A DNA stretch of 64,000 nucleotides, from assembly GCA_030704615.1 (NCBI GenBank), contig CM060732.1:3906001-3970000 (forward strand), written 5' to 3'. Under the pieces are notes generated by a model. That model saw only the letters and a program-made list of their open reading frames with translations. It did not search any database and had not been told where the DNA came from. This DNA is from Takakia lepidozioides. Lineage: Eukaryota; Plantae; Bryophyta. Below, piece by piece: positions 25,080-37,761 of this stretch (its first letter is position 1; each line of letters opens with the position of its first letter). Position numbers and translations under genes: made by a program.

Positions 25080-25796
25080 CTCTTTTTGGGGGTCTCAGTG
25101 ACGTGGTAGAAAAGCTAGGAGACAATAGTTGCATTGCATAATGAGGCTGTCTCTATGCGTGCAGGTATATAAAGTATGTTCTCATGGTTGAGAACTGCTT
25201 GGACAAACATCCTGATTTCGTGGACCTGTGGCTTGTTCCTGTTGGCAACCAGACCATGTTCACTACAAGGATCTTGCAGGACTGGGGCCCAGACCATTTC
25301 TACATGTGGTTGGTATTTGGATTGCCCTGTTTCTGAGACCCCAGCGCAGGAGGTGTCTTTGAGGAGAGAGAATGAGCATGTAGCAGCCACTGCCGCAGCT
25401 GCCGACCTCGAGATTCATGATAGAAATTTGAGGACACTTGCAGAGAAGGAGCCTCCCGCTCAGGATACCCCGGGTAAAGGTAGAAAGGGAAAGGGAAAGG
25501 ATGTTGCTGTTGGTGGGGGGAAAGGAAGGGGTAAGGGGAAGGAAGCGCAGGGGCAGGTAGGTGGGCAGGGAAGTGTTGCAGAACAGCCCCATCCACGGAT
25601 AGAGCTCAATATGGTGGAAGAGCGAGAGGTCATGTGGTGGGGTGTGGCAAGGAGGTACAACGAAGCGGGGCTCCTAGCCAACAACAACAACCATTCCAAT
25701 GTGCTCAAGGCAACAAAGGGGCTCAGACGAAGCCCAGGGAAGGTCAGAGAGGATCTCAAATGCAGAGGTATCACAACGCCAAATCCATGGTTTTAA
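23127..25796 (+). pseudogene. ParB/Srx-like domain protein, copy 2 (multi-exon)
   Basis: IPLC..VSMPVVHPPLIKDIQKLEAEFVHGYLDGSAVFYVS...MFHVWDGNHRLLAWMAVI (VWDGNHR at 23541-23561). Downstream DPSFGPQF, KPKMAQEKLHML..EQKVKWLQI, WLHKAIYWSQ and CGWYLDCP align with copy 1. GT-AG introns; stops and frameshifts. Confidence 0.75.
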
Positions 25797-26399
25797 TAAC
25801 TCTTTTTGTTTAAGAGTCATGAATTTCATGACTAAACCATGATTCAAGGTCTTTGGGAATCAAAAGGGTCATGTATATGACCAAACGTTCAGTTGGAATA
25901 CTGGTCGACATCGTTTGACTGGAATAGAGTCATGTTCGTGGTCTCACATTATACGACAGTAAAGACCTCTGTTGTGCATCATACTTTCTCACTGTGGATG
26001 TGAATAGCAATTGCGGTGTCTTTATTGAAAATTGTTGGGATTTCTTGAGTCTGTAAGAAATGGAGTTCAAGTGTTCTTCATATTGTGGGTATAGCTTCAG
26101 GGACAGTTAATTGAATAACGTTGCTGCAATATATAGCTCCCATGCTTGAAGAACCGAATACTTCGTGCCCACAGTGCAATTACGGCGCCGCAATAAGCCC
26201 GTTTGACGCTGGTGGTGACAAAAAAAATTTGAACACTTCTACTATGTAACAGGCCAATGTCAAAGTGTAACTGCACGCAAATGGTGTAAATGCTGCATAC
26301 TTTTGCTGCAAATAGAGTAGTTGCAGGGTAAGGCGAACCAAAATCGGCAGATGCTACCTTCCATGGAAGTTCATTAATCCTATTAATTAAGCTCAACTT

Positions 26400-28790
26400 A
26401 CAGTCTCTTTGGCATGAAAGATCTTAGTCGAAAAGACTGAAGTTGTTTAAGCAACTGGTAGTCAAGGCAAACAAGAACTATCCTGAGATGATACACATTC
26501 TCACCATCTCACGTTCTCTCATAATGCACATTCTTTCCATCTCACGTTCACTCTACACAGAGATACTTCGAATAGCATGGCTTTACTTCAACGTTCGTCA
26601 TCTCATCACAGAAGTACACATTGAATCACTCTTAGTCCCTGAATACACACTGATCACTGATACTCATATTTCTCCCCCTCTAAGTTGCGTGCGGCCTTTT
26701 TATACTATGCTCGAAAGAGCCGTTACAGTCTGCGGTCGTTAATGACCGTTTGCCTAACTGCCTACGCAACCTAAAAGGTTTGCTAAAAAAGTGGCTCGTT
26801 GCAGTGGTCGTAAGCCATAGTGGTAAATGGTCCACTACTCCCTCTATTGGTTAAAGCCGATGCTAACGTGGCCGTGTGATATCGTGGTTCACGGCCCACG
26901 GTCAAATGGCGGAACAAGGGTACATTACCACAGGAGCATTAATAAATACTGCGTACTTAGCCTCTTCTACCCGTGACCAGGTAGTGTACACCAATCACTA
27001 CCCGGTATGTCCCGTTGTGACCCTCGCTGTCTGGCCCTCGTAGTATAGCCGTTATCTTTTATCCCCGCCCCCCCTCTTTTGAAATTGTGTCCGCACAATT
27101 TCGTCAGTTCCTGTGCTTGCTGTATCTCTTGGGGATGTAGGGTGGTGGCATGCCTGTCTGCAGGGTAGGAAGTGCGTCCCAGGATTGTCGTGGTGGTAGT
27201 TTTTTGTTCCTGCTGTCGTCACTGTCTGGTTGCTCCTCTAGTTCATGAGTGGGCCAGCTTTCGTCATCAGGGTGTTCTGCTACTCCGTCCCCACGTACCA
27301 TGTCGATTTTGGTGGTCAAGGTTTCTCGGTAGGTTTGCAGCTCCTCCTTGGTCCAGGGTATAATGTGTTTAGTCGCCCTGTTACCCATTAACCAGTTAAC
27401 AGCTTGGATCCCTGTCTCTCTGAAAGGGTGGTCTCTGTCCAAGACTAATGGTAAAAAATGGTCTTTCGCCTGGCGCCATGCTTAAGCATAGAGTGGTCTA
27501 TTCATATATGTTGAAGTTCCTGCGACTCTCTCTGGTGGCTGGAATTTGGGTAATTCCCAATGAGTATCTTTTTCAATACTCTCATAGCACTGCCAGCTTC
27601 CCCTCATTGTCACGAACATCCGGTACAAGTAATTGCCAATATAGAAACTTGGGCAGCCCATCACAATGTCTACTGTCGGGGTAGGATTAATCTTCAATTG
27701 CCCCACTGCCCACATGTAAGCTACCAGCTCTTTGTATTCCAGGGGAGCCTGGTGCCAGAATTCAACTAATTTTGCCCCTGTCCATGTCTCTTCCCTAGCC
27801 AGTGGCCTCATCCTGTATCTCAGAGGTATAAGAGTTTGATTGAGCAGATGCAATTGACCCAATGATCTGCAGGGGGTTAAGGTTTTGAAGACCTTCTCCA
27901 GTATTTCTGGGATTTGGTGGGCTGGGACTACCATCATTTTAAAGTATTCCTCCAAATACTTTAGCCACTCCCCATCCTGCTTGCATGGCATGATTTGGAA
28001 ATCATCCACTGCTACCGAAGTTGATGCTACCAGTACACTTGGTAGTGTTATGGGGTTTACCTCTTGAGTAGATGGCCCTGCTGTGGCCTGTACCAGTGTC
28101 TGTTGACTTGGTGGTGTTTGTGCTGGTGTTGTTGTTGTTGATTGTATCGGTGCTTCTCATTCATGGTCTTGCTCATCTTGATCATCTTCGTCCATGAGCT
28201 CCTCTTGTTCTGGAATTGGTGGCAGGAATTCCTCATGAATGTCTGTCACCAACTTTGCCAATTGACATTTCATCTGCCTCACCATTGCCCTGTTGAGTTT
28301 CTTCATCTCCAGTTCACTCCCTTCATTTAACCAGGCTCTGGCCAATGCTGCGTATGCTGCGTCCAGCCCAGCTTGCAGTGTCAGCTTTTCCAGCTGTTGT
28401 TTCTATTCTTGTTCATTGCCCATGGCAATGTCTCTTTCTGTGGTGACTGTAAACAGCCTGCTTTCAGCACTTTCTCTTTCCCACAGCAGTGCAGTGTTGC
28501 ATGTGAGCCACTTGTTTCCCTGGTCTTTGGCAGTCTTCAGCTGCCCCTTGAGTGTCTCCACCTGTTGCTTAAGCGTCTGCACCTGTCATGTGAGTGTTTC
28601 CTCCTCTGTCTCTATTTTCCAAGATCGTTCTCGCTTTGCATTGAGGTCGGCTTGGACATGGCGTGTTTCGTCTCTCTGTCTTTCCCACTTCTGCTCCCAC
28701 TCATCTCTACGTTTGTGTCAAAGTGTTTTATTGGCGAAGTAAGGTTGTCTTTTGATCTTCTAACGCTGCAATTGTAACCTCATGGTTACA
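26400..28790 (-). mobile_element. 3' portion of an LTR retrotransposon: extra coiled-coil ORF (28780-27104), polypurine tract and LTR-like segment
   Basis: A long minus-strand frame broken by a few stops ends at 27104. It is followed by a hairpin (27081-27102), a purine run AAAAGAG-Gn-CGGGGA (27080-27062) and a TATA-containing segment. LTR termini are not clean. Confidence 0.5.
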
Positions 28791-29136
28791 TACTGTTCTT
28801 GCGGTCGCCAATTCCCTCTGGTGTTTCTCTTTGAAGCATTGGGTCAAGTGACAGTTTGTATGGACAGGGCCAAGGATTACATTAGTCCGGAGAACCTGAG
28901 CATGATCTTAATTCAGCATAGGAATTAGTGTGATAAGTTGAGTTGGGTGTTTCCTAGAACAAATCTAGGCGGTCATTATTAGTTGCAATGCAAGAAAGTA
29001 TGCATGATTTGTGCAGAGGCAGTGATAGCTGAAGGAGTAGGGATAGAATTTGAGTCCAGATTCATCCAAGAGGGCCGGATTTCAAGCTCAAGATTACCTA
29101 TGATTCTCTATGGATGGATGGGTACAAGAAACCTGC

Positions 29137-29320
29137 ATGGGTAGATGGTTAACTGGAAGCCGCAGCGGCACAATTGATAAAATCAGGCACCTCAACCATG
29201 ACCACAACTTCTGGAAGAGGATCAAGAGAGGGAGTCCATAATGCCTCTTCTGCCACTTTTGGGCATGTGAAGATGCTTTGTGAGGTAGGCATACTGACAG
29301 AGGCTCTACAGACTTTAAAA
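29137..29320 (+). pseudogene. PPR gene N-terminal fragment, paralogous to 15139-15325
   Basis: Near-identical AAQLIKSGTSTMTTTSGRGSREGVHNASS..GHVKML..L.EALQT. Confidence 0.8.
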
Positions 29321-29339
29321 TCAGATAGCGGTCCACTAG

Positions 29340-31510
29340 CCAGCAGACTTCTGTAGCAAAGTCTTGCTTGGCTGGCGTGAGCAGGTTAGGTGGTGGGTTT
29401 GAGGTAGAGAATCTGTGCCATAACCAGGTGAGTCTGTCATTTGGGATGAGTCCGATATAGCGGCCATGAAAGGCATTGTCGCGGCCCTTTGCCTTGAGGG
29501 CGGGAGGTCGGGACACAAGAGGGGCTGCCCCTGTGGTGGGGGCAGTGGCAACAGTAGGTATGGGGGCTGAAGCACCCTTGAGTGCCCAAGGCACTCAAGG
29601 AGGTGGAGGCGCTCACTAGGTGGAGCCCCGCACGCCCGGTTGCAGTGGGGGTGGCTCCACGAGGGGTGCTGGTAGCTTTTCTTAGTTAGTGTCGAGTGGC
29701 TTTTACTCACCCATCCCTTAGCTATCCGAGGTGGAAACTCCAAGATAGAAGAGTTGGAAATCTCTAGGTACTCAGCCCGCTCAGAACAATCAGTCATGAC
29801 CTACAACTAGTGTATCATGGGGGTGCTTCCTATTTGTAGTCCTTCTCGCATTCATGTTAGCAAGTTACCTTACTGTCTATGATTAAGTATAAATTGCTTC
29901 TGCAATCTACCATGTTCCATCTACTCAAGCGATGGCCTTCGACTATTCGAGCCATCCTGCCTCTTGTTATGGGCTTGAACCTTTTCTAGTGGTCTTAGTG
30001 GGGGTGGCATAGGACTCACCATGGGCTGAGACTTTGTGGTGGGAAGTCGTGGGGAGTCTTGGGACTCATCACGGTCTATTGGGGCCGTGGTGGGTGGGCC
30101 AAGACTCACCGGGAATCAAGGGTCTTCGTGGTGGTTCACCATAAAAAGACTGGGCTACTTGTGAAACCCCCGCGGACGCCTACAGAAGTATATATAAGGA
30201 GTAGTAACCCCAAGAACGGTGCAAACCCGTTGGTGACCAAATACTAGTGAGTAAGCGTGCGAGCTGAAAAGCGACCAAGGTGTGGGGAGCTGTTCCGGAC
30301 TACCAACAACCAAGGGGAATTTCCACTAGGCCCAAAGTGTGTGAGGGTCTCGTGGAGGAGCAAAGGGGGACCGTTATGTCCCGGTGAGCAGCCAAAGCTC
30401 CAAGTTGGCCCGGTGGCCAGTTTGGGAGTTAGGCGCGCGTATCAAAGCGAGTAACTATGACTTGAAGGGGAGTTTATCGAAGTGAGGTGAGCGACACTTG
30501 GTATCAGAGCTTAGAATTCAGTACGCGATCATCCTCGAGATCGGCCTCACCATGGGGTCGGGCAAGACAAAGCGAAAGCGGAACGGCCCAAAAGAGATGA
30601 TCCCAGTGAGCCCGGTGGGGCCGACGTGTCACCGAAGCAGCAAATGGAAGAGACGATTTATGCTTCTGAAAGCGAGGCCGCTCAAGAGCGGGAGAAATTT
30701 GGGGAGTCGGAGCCCGAGGACTTCCCAAAGGCTCCGCTAGACCAACAGATGCCTCCCATGCTAGCAGCCTTTTGGGAAGGGTTATTGGCGCAGTTTGGCA
30801 AGACGCTAAAAGACGTGATGAGGGCGGCTAATGCCACTACCACTCAGGTAAAGTTTAAGGTGAAGCCTAATGAACCCGACACCTTCGAGGGCTTCCAAAA
30901 TCGGAAGACACTCAACACGTGGCTCTTGGAGCTGGAGTAGTACTTCCGGGCGGCCAAGTTGAGTGACGAGGATCAGGTGGAAGTGGCTCCCACCTATTTG
31001 AGGGGCTATACTCAACAATGGTGGCAGAAGCGCCTTCATGACCAAGGGCCAAACCCAGAAACCTTGAGCTGGAGTGGGTTCAAGGAACTTATGAAAAGAC
31101 AGTTTGTGCCCCTCAACGCGTCCTAGCTCGCCCGGGACAAGATGAGGAACTTGAAGCGAACGAATGACATTCGAGGATATGTTCAGGCTTTCAATGTACT
31201 GTTGTTCAAAATCGCGGATATGGCGGAACCAGAAATGGTCTTCAACTTTGTGGCGGGACTGGCCCCATGGGCCAGGCGGAAGTTGGAGGAGAGGCCACCA
31301 AAGACTTTGAATGAGGCAATTGAAAGGGCTGAATGTTTCTCGGATGTCCCTAGGGGCGAAAGACAGGGCCATACGGAGCTGAACCACAAACCAAGTGGGA
31401 GGGTGAATAAACCTGCTGACAGCAAAGGAGTGGGCCGTGGAGGAGCCACACGAGCCCCAGTTTTTGCTTTACGTGAGACAAGTGGAAGGAGAAGTCGATA
31501 GGGAGCAATG
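29340..31510 (+). mobile_element. Ty3/gypsy fragment: 5' LTR part, PBS and gag
   Basis: LTR ends ...GACA at 30496, with a TATA at about 30189. tRNA-iMet PBS TGGTATCAGAGC at 30499-30510. Gag (EPDTFEG..LNTWL..YF..WW..WSGFKELMKRQF..FVAGL) has stops. Left boundary approximate. Confidence 0.85.
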
Positions 31511-31511
31511 G

Positions 31512-31945
31512 CAATGTGGAGATCATTGAACGTGCGGCAACATCTATCCTCAAGTGGGATGAACATGATGTCGCGCCTTATGTGTTGCTATCAAACATCT
31601 ATGTTGCAGCTGGCAGGTGGGATGATACTGCAAAGGTGGGAAGAATGATGAAGGTCAAAGGGGTTAAAAAGGAGTCAGGTCGCTGCTACATTGAGGTTGG
31701 CAACAAGGTGCACATATTCGTTGTAAATGACAAGTTGCATCCCAGAATTAAGGAAATCCTTGCTGAGCTGAGAAGATTGTCTGGGCAGGTGAAGGAGGCG
31801 GGGTATGTGCCTGACACGCGCTTTGTATTGCATGATGTGGGGGAGGAAGAAAGGGAATTTTCTCTTTGCCACCACAGTGTGAAGCTGGCCATTGGTTCTG
31901 GGCTAGTCAACATGACCCCTAGGATGCCTCTCCGTCTCATCAAGT
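31512..31945 (+). pseudogene. PPR E+/DYW fragment, third copy
   Basis: YVLLSNIYVAAGRWDD..KKESGRCYIEV..AGYVPDTRFVLHDV..LCHHSVKLAI, truncated before CxxC. Confidence 0.9.
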
Positions 31946-32068
31946 TCTTGTTGAGATTCTGGCCAGTTGTAGAACTAGCCATAGCATAGTGGCTGTGATT
32001 CTTTGCATCATCTTTATCTTTTGATAGAAGAGCCGCCTATTGAATACTGGGTGGGGGACACGAGGGAG

Positions 32069-32186
32069 GTCAAGGCATATTCAGATTGGGTGATAAATGG
32101 CGACTGTGACTGGCCACTCAAATGCAGCGTATGCCAAGACATTCTTGCAGATGGAGAGACAGCCACAACTCGTCTCGGGTGCCCAT
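32069..32186 (+). pseudogene. Isolated exon of a zinc finger protein-like 1 (ZFPL1-type) gene
   Basis: VKAYSDWVINGDCDWPLKCSVCQDIL..TTRLGC followed by GTAAGT; neighbouring exons are absent. Confidence 0.7.
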
Positions 32187-33077
32187 GTAAGTCAACAAGT
32201 GAAGTTTATCTCATGTTTCCTAGTGTTTTTCAGCAGCACACACTTACATTGCCATAGGTTTTGAGTTATTGTAGGCCACAGACAGATGTATGCATGAAAC
32301 TCTTGAGTGTTTCCAGTTTGTGACCTGCTACTAGGATAACAGTAATCTCCCCATAACAGTAATGTCCATGCATTTTTTCTTTAGGTGGATTACCACATAC
32401 TAGCCCGTGGACGGCTGCTGATGCTGTTCAAGTGCTGAGTAGCCAACTCCTCAGAGGTCGGGAAGCCCTTGAGAGCAGCCACAGAAAGGATTTGGGGGAC
32501 AGTAGACTGGCCATGATGAATCTTTTGTCAACATGATGGTCATGGAAACCTATCTTGTTCATGCTCGAAACACAAGTTATGTGGAGAAACGTCAGTATCA
32601 TGTGCTTCAGCTGTAGAACCTAAACTTGTGGACCTCGGCTTTTTGCAAGAAAATATGGCTCCCAGCTGGTTTAAAAGTGATTGGTCATTCAATCCAACAT
32701 CAACAATCACGGGTTGTGTGGGTAATTGCAGACATTGCAACATACAAGCTGTGTGGAATCTCATCTGCAAAGCTTTCTCCACATACTGCCTCTGCTGGCT
32801 AGACTATATACTTCACTACAGAAAGTTAGGTGTTGTGTGACATCTACAATAGTGTAGGACATCTTGGGAAGATAGTGGATACCAAAGGGGAGGGTCTTAG
32901 ATGAGAAGTAGGCGGCTCTTCCTCTCAGTCTACAAGGATAATTTTTCCCCGTAGTGAAGATTATGTATTGTAAACAGTTGCCAGCTTGCACCAATTGGTT
33001 TCCCCTGGGAACATCAATGGTAAAGACGAATTTTTAAAGAACTGAGGTAAAAGGCAGGACTTCATTTCTATGGGTTT

Positions 33078-33869
33078 ACACTAGACATAGGATGGGAGTT
33101 GCATGCGCGCGTGAGAAGCTTGCCGATACGATCCCCGGAGCTAACCAGAGGGCCCCCGTGGGCCCGCTGTCAAATCCCCACCCCCGCTTCCCTCGTGTAT
33201 GCTTCATGCCCATCCGAGGGTCCCACGCTCCATGTTCCCGCCCCGCCACTCCCCTGCTCCCCGCTCCTCCGCTCCCCTGTTATTAGAGTGGCGAAGCAGT
33301 AAAACAGGGGAGTAATAGCACAAGGGAGCCGGGAGTAGTAACAGGGGAGCGGTAACAGGGGAGCGGCGGAGCAATAACACAGGGGAGCAAGGAGAACAGG
33401 GGAGCCGTAACACAGGGGAGCGGCGGACACAGGGAAGCAAGGAGAACAGGGGAGTGGCGGACACACAAGGGAGCGGTATGTATGTGGGAATAGGGGAGCA
33501 GCGATTGGGAACAGGGGAGCGGAGATCCGCTTGAGGGACTTAGAAATTTTTTGGAGATGCAAAATCTAATGGTACCTCAGTCAAATTCTTAAACATATGA
33601 TTTCCATCGCGCCACGGGCGAGGTTTCAACCCAACACCCCCCCAATAATGGTCAATGCATCCAGCCACCAAGCTACTCGCCGCTTTCTTACCATCCATCA
33701 GAATTTTTATGTTTTGTACTATAATACAAGCAATAATGGCACGGGCGCGGTAGCGCGGGGGTGGGATTTGACTACGGGCCCCGCCAAGGGCGTCCCCGCT
33801 CCGGTAAGCCCCGACGCCGTACCGGCAGGCTGGCATGCGCGCATTCAACTCGCATCCTATGTCTAGTGT
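33078..33869. mobile_element. MITE / non-autonomous TIR element with internal (CAGGGGAGC)-like repeats
   Basis: 33-bp TIRs ACACTAGACATAGGATGSGAGTTGMATGCGCGC at 33078-33110 and 33837-33869 (2 mismatches). No clean TSD. Confidence 0.85.
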
Positions 33870-34019
33870 GTTCCATTTATATGTCATTGTTGGGTTATTA
33901 TTATTATGCATAAAGTTGTCTCAATCTTTACATCTCCAGATAGGCTGGCCGCTGTCTTGAGTAGCTATGAGGCTTTATTTAAATACAAAGACGTGACATG
34001 ATAGCTACGGCAACACTTC

Positions 34020-34159
34020 GGCATTCTTCTTCCGGAAAACAATGAAATATACCAGATGTATGTATGTAACACCATGGGGATGACCCACCCCTTTTTGTGC
34101 AAATTGAATGTAGTTCTCAGAATTCGTCGCTAGTAGTGCGGAGCAACGCGAAGCCCTAG
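34020..34159 (+). mobile_element. Helitron/Helentron-like 3' terminus, copy 3
   Basis: TCGTCGCTAG at 34124-34133 and GCCCTAG|T ending at 34159. Confidence 0.75.
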
Positions 34160-34192
34160 TTACTGTTTAAACATTAGATTTGTTCCAAGAAT

Positions 34193-34262
34193 CATGGAAT
34201 AGCCTAGTGGTATGGAGGTAGTCGTGGTGTGCAGGTGGTCTCGAGTTCAAATTTGCGCCATG
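34193..34262 (+). other. Degenerate tRNA-like (Pol III A/B box) head
   Basis: TAGCCTAGTGG at 34200-34210 and GAGTTCAAAT at 34243-34252, with tRNA-like spacing. Confidence 0.55.
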
Positions 34263-36799
34263 AAATTAAGTGTTTTTGACGTTTTTGAAAAATTCAAGAT
34301 TCCACGATGGGTGTCGTGAGTGATCCTTACCACTATGCTACCTTCTTAATCGTGTTAACTCCCTGCTATAGACTTATATTTCAGGTATTGTTTACCCCCC
34401 TATGTATGTATAATGTTGTACATAGGGGGGTTATAAAAAATACCCCCTCCTGTGCACGCACGTGGCTGATACAGGTTGGCTGGGATGCACCCCCCAGGCC
34501 CATTTGTTTTCCTCCCAAACTCAGAGGCTTCACTTCAACTCCCTCGTAGTGCTGGTTTCTATCTTCGCCAATGGCTATTCCTGAAGAAAATACAAAGGGA
34601 ATACAAGAAAAATACGTATAGGCCTAGGAGAATACGGGGGGAATACCATGGAATATTCTTAGAGAACTTAGGGAACTTGTTGGGAATTTAGGGAACCCAT
34701 TGGGAACGATTGTTTGGAGGACTATTTGGGGTTCTTGAAGGTCAAGGAGTGTTTACCGCACACTGAACACTGTTGGCACCCATACTTTGGGGAGACGTAC
34801 GAATTGTGTCGATGTTACCTTCCTATTGACGTGCTGTGGGTGAAGCACAGTGAGGGGGGATATTGGAGGCCGTGTTTCGGCCAAGAACAAAGGATATTAA
34901 GAATAAAACCGGAGGAAGGGGTGGTGTTGGATACGGACCCCTATGGAGGATGACAAAACTACGAACATGAGTGTCGGCTCGGTAGGAGCACAGAGCATGT
35001 ATCTGAGGGGAGTAGCGCCGTTGACCCACTAGCCTAGGTATGTACCAAAAGCACCTGAACGGAAGGAGGCTCTATTTCCTTGAGATTTAGCCTTACCAAG
35101 CTAGGGCTTGTGCTCCTTTGAGCTCCATGCTTGATCCCGTCAAGCATCCATGAACTCCATGTGATACAAAGACAAATCCCCTTGATCTCCTTCATCTCAA
35201 GCTACACCCAAGCTCACTTAGCAATGAATTTGCTACTCAACAAGCTCCATCACTCATTGGAACTCCAAAACAAGTTTTTACCTCTTTTGGCAAGCCACCA
35301 AGCCTTGTCTCCTTATCACTTGACAACTGTTCCAAATCAACACAAATTATCTCAATGTGTAAGAGCAACACTTGTCACTTACAATAATGACCCGAAGCAA
35401 TCTGCCTTGGGTCCCACTCTCACGCCATATGCCTCCTTTAGGATCTTGCACTAATCCATCGTCCATGTGCTCCCCTTGGTCATCTGAATGCATATTCCAT
35501 AACCCCTTGGCCTATGTGTTGCTCTCCTTCATTATAACATGAATCAATACCTATCCACTTCACACACAAATGGGTCTTAAGGCCTTCATCTTTTACTAGT
35601 TCAAGAGCTCCCCTTCTCAAACTTGAACTTACAAACCCGAGAGAGCATGCTCCACACATGTACCATTTTTTTGGTCAACAATCCACCACAAAGTTCACAC
35701 TACCAAGAGCATAAATAGCCAAGCATTGCCTCCCCCTCTTGCCACATTACATAGTTAAGGTTGAGCTATGCATACATTGAATGATGATCTCCTCTGAAGG
35801 ATTTCCCACAATATGTTCTCCAAGCCCTTCCAATGCCCTAAGCTTTGCTCCACACCACCATGATTGAAAGATTTCTTCACATACTCCCTTTAAAAACCTC
35901 TTGATTTCTTAGTGCTCTCCAAGTGCTTGCCCTTGTTATCTTCAAGTCCAAGCCTATGTAGCTCATTGGCTTCTCTTCCACAACATCCACATTTGAGCTT
36001 GCTTAATCATATATTGCTAGTGAAATGAGCACTAATAATCATTTAATCGCTCTCCACATGCCATGACATACACCATTGACTTCATAATGCATAGAAAAGA
36101 TTCTCAAACCCTAAAATCCATGCTTCCACACACACAAGACTTCTTCCTTGCAATCCTTGCAAAATCTTGTGATTCAAGAGCTTTCTTCCAGCTCTCCAAT
36201 TCCTTGGTGCATGCAATACCAAGCACATTTCCTTGCAACACCTTGCAAGTCTTGTGATGCAAGAGCTAAATTCTCCTAACTCTCAACATCTTTAGCGTAC
36301 AAGTGCAAAACTAATCCATACACTCCGCACTCACAAGCATAAGTGAGATCTTCTTGTAGTGATAAGAAATGAGAAACGAGTGAAGTGAAAGACAATGAAA
36401 ACACTCCAAGCATGAAAGCAATCACACTAAGAGCAAACCCTAGTCTTTCCGAGTGGAAATCTATTCTATCCCATAAACTAAGTCAAGCAAAGGGTACTAG
36501 AAGAATCCACCCTACAAAGCCCTCAACACACTCCCCCTCAATACCTAGAGCTATGGAAGTGAGAGAGGCTCATGGAGGCTTAACTACAAGAAGATGAGCC
36601 TCCTGAACCCTCACAAGGGGAAAATCTATTCCCATGTCTCAAGTGAGGCTTGATACCTCACTTGGCGAGACCAAATGAAGTCCCAAAATACAAATATAAA
36701 TATCCAAAATGTCCTAATTAACTAGAAGTAGGTAATTCTAGTTAACCATGACAAGCTCAAGACATAGCTCAAGTTTTAGGCTTTGGTTCCTTCAGTTTC

Positions 36800-37117
36800 C
36801 ATCTTATGTTTATCTACTCTTCCTCTATTCATGTTGTTTCTTAGCAATTTCTTTGTTACTGAGCCCCTTCTCTGTTCCTTTCTCTGTACAGTTTCTTGGC
36901 AACCTCCCACTTGTCTCTGCCTACTCCGCAGACCACAAATTTCCCGTCTTCAGCATTCTCGCACTTTCCTTTCTTTTTTCTAGTCGTTGCGTCTCGGGGT
37001 GGTCTCCCATTGTAAGCCTCCATGGCCTCATGAATGGTTATTTTTTCAACTCCCTGCAATACACTTTTTAGGCCTCACTCCCTTTTTATATAAAAAAGGA
37101 AAAAAAAAAAAAAAAAA
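36800..37117 (+). mobile_element. Poly(A)-tailed retroposed fragment, probable LINE 3' end
   Basis: Pyrimidine-rich segment ending in an A tract at 37091-37117; 5' boundary uncertain. Confidence 0.35.
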
Positions 37118-37761
37118 CTAGGTTTAACCTAAAATCCTTTGCTACTTGATCCTCATAACGCAATGCATAGGAGGTCAAAAGATTGAACTTTGGAAGGAGG
37201 AAAGAGAGCAATTCAGTTGAAGCTAAGGTGCGAATGTTCACCAACACCCGAATAACAAAGAGTGAAAAACTCCTACTTTGAGCTGTTCAACAAGACTATG
37301 TGCATCACTGGGTGCCAGATCTGGTGGGCTTCATGAAACTGCTCTTGATTGATGTTCTAGTATATAAACCTTCTTGAATTGAAGTGCACAAGGGTCAACA
37401 AACCCCTGGATGGTGGGAAAGAAGTGAAGCAACGATCCTTTGGTTTAGGTTAAACATCCTTGTGACACAGATTCGATGCCAGGAGAAGATACTACCGTTT
37501 CAGTTCAAAAGATCAGGACTGAAATAAGGATCTTGTTTGGGAAGACAACAGGGATCAATGAACCTTCAAGTCGATGTAGTCGTTCAACAATGCCAAAAAG
37601 CGGTGCAACATGCTAGAGTGCTTGTCACATTCCTGTACAATTGAGTTGATCCTTCTCTTACTAGGGTCTGCACATTCTTTCGGGAGTAAAAGAGGAAAAT
37701 TGAGTGATAGTTATACAAAGGAAATTTTGGATGATCATGAGTTAGTAGGCCCCTTGTCCAA

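Noticed and set aside
27081-27102. Extra copy of palindrome family B
   Set aside because: GAAATTGTG-TCCG-CACAATTTC lacks the CGG-NN-CCG core and belongs to the retroelement 3' region.
34300-36790. Degenerate LTR retrotransposon
   Set aside because: Probably TE-derived (strand skew, PPT-like run at about 35730), but no domain or boundary could be supported.
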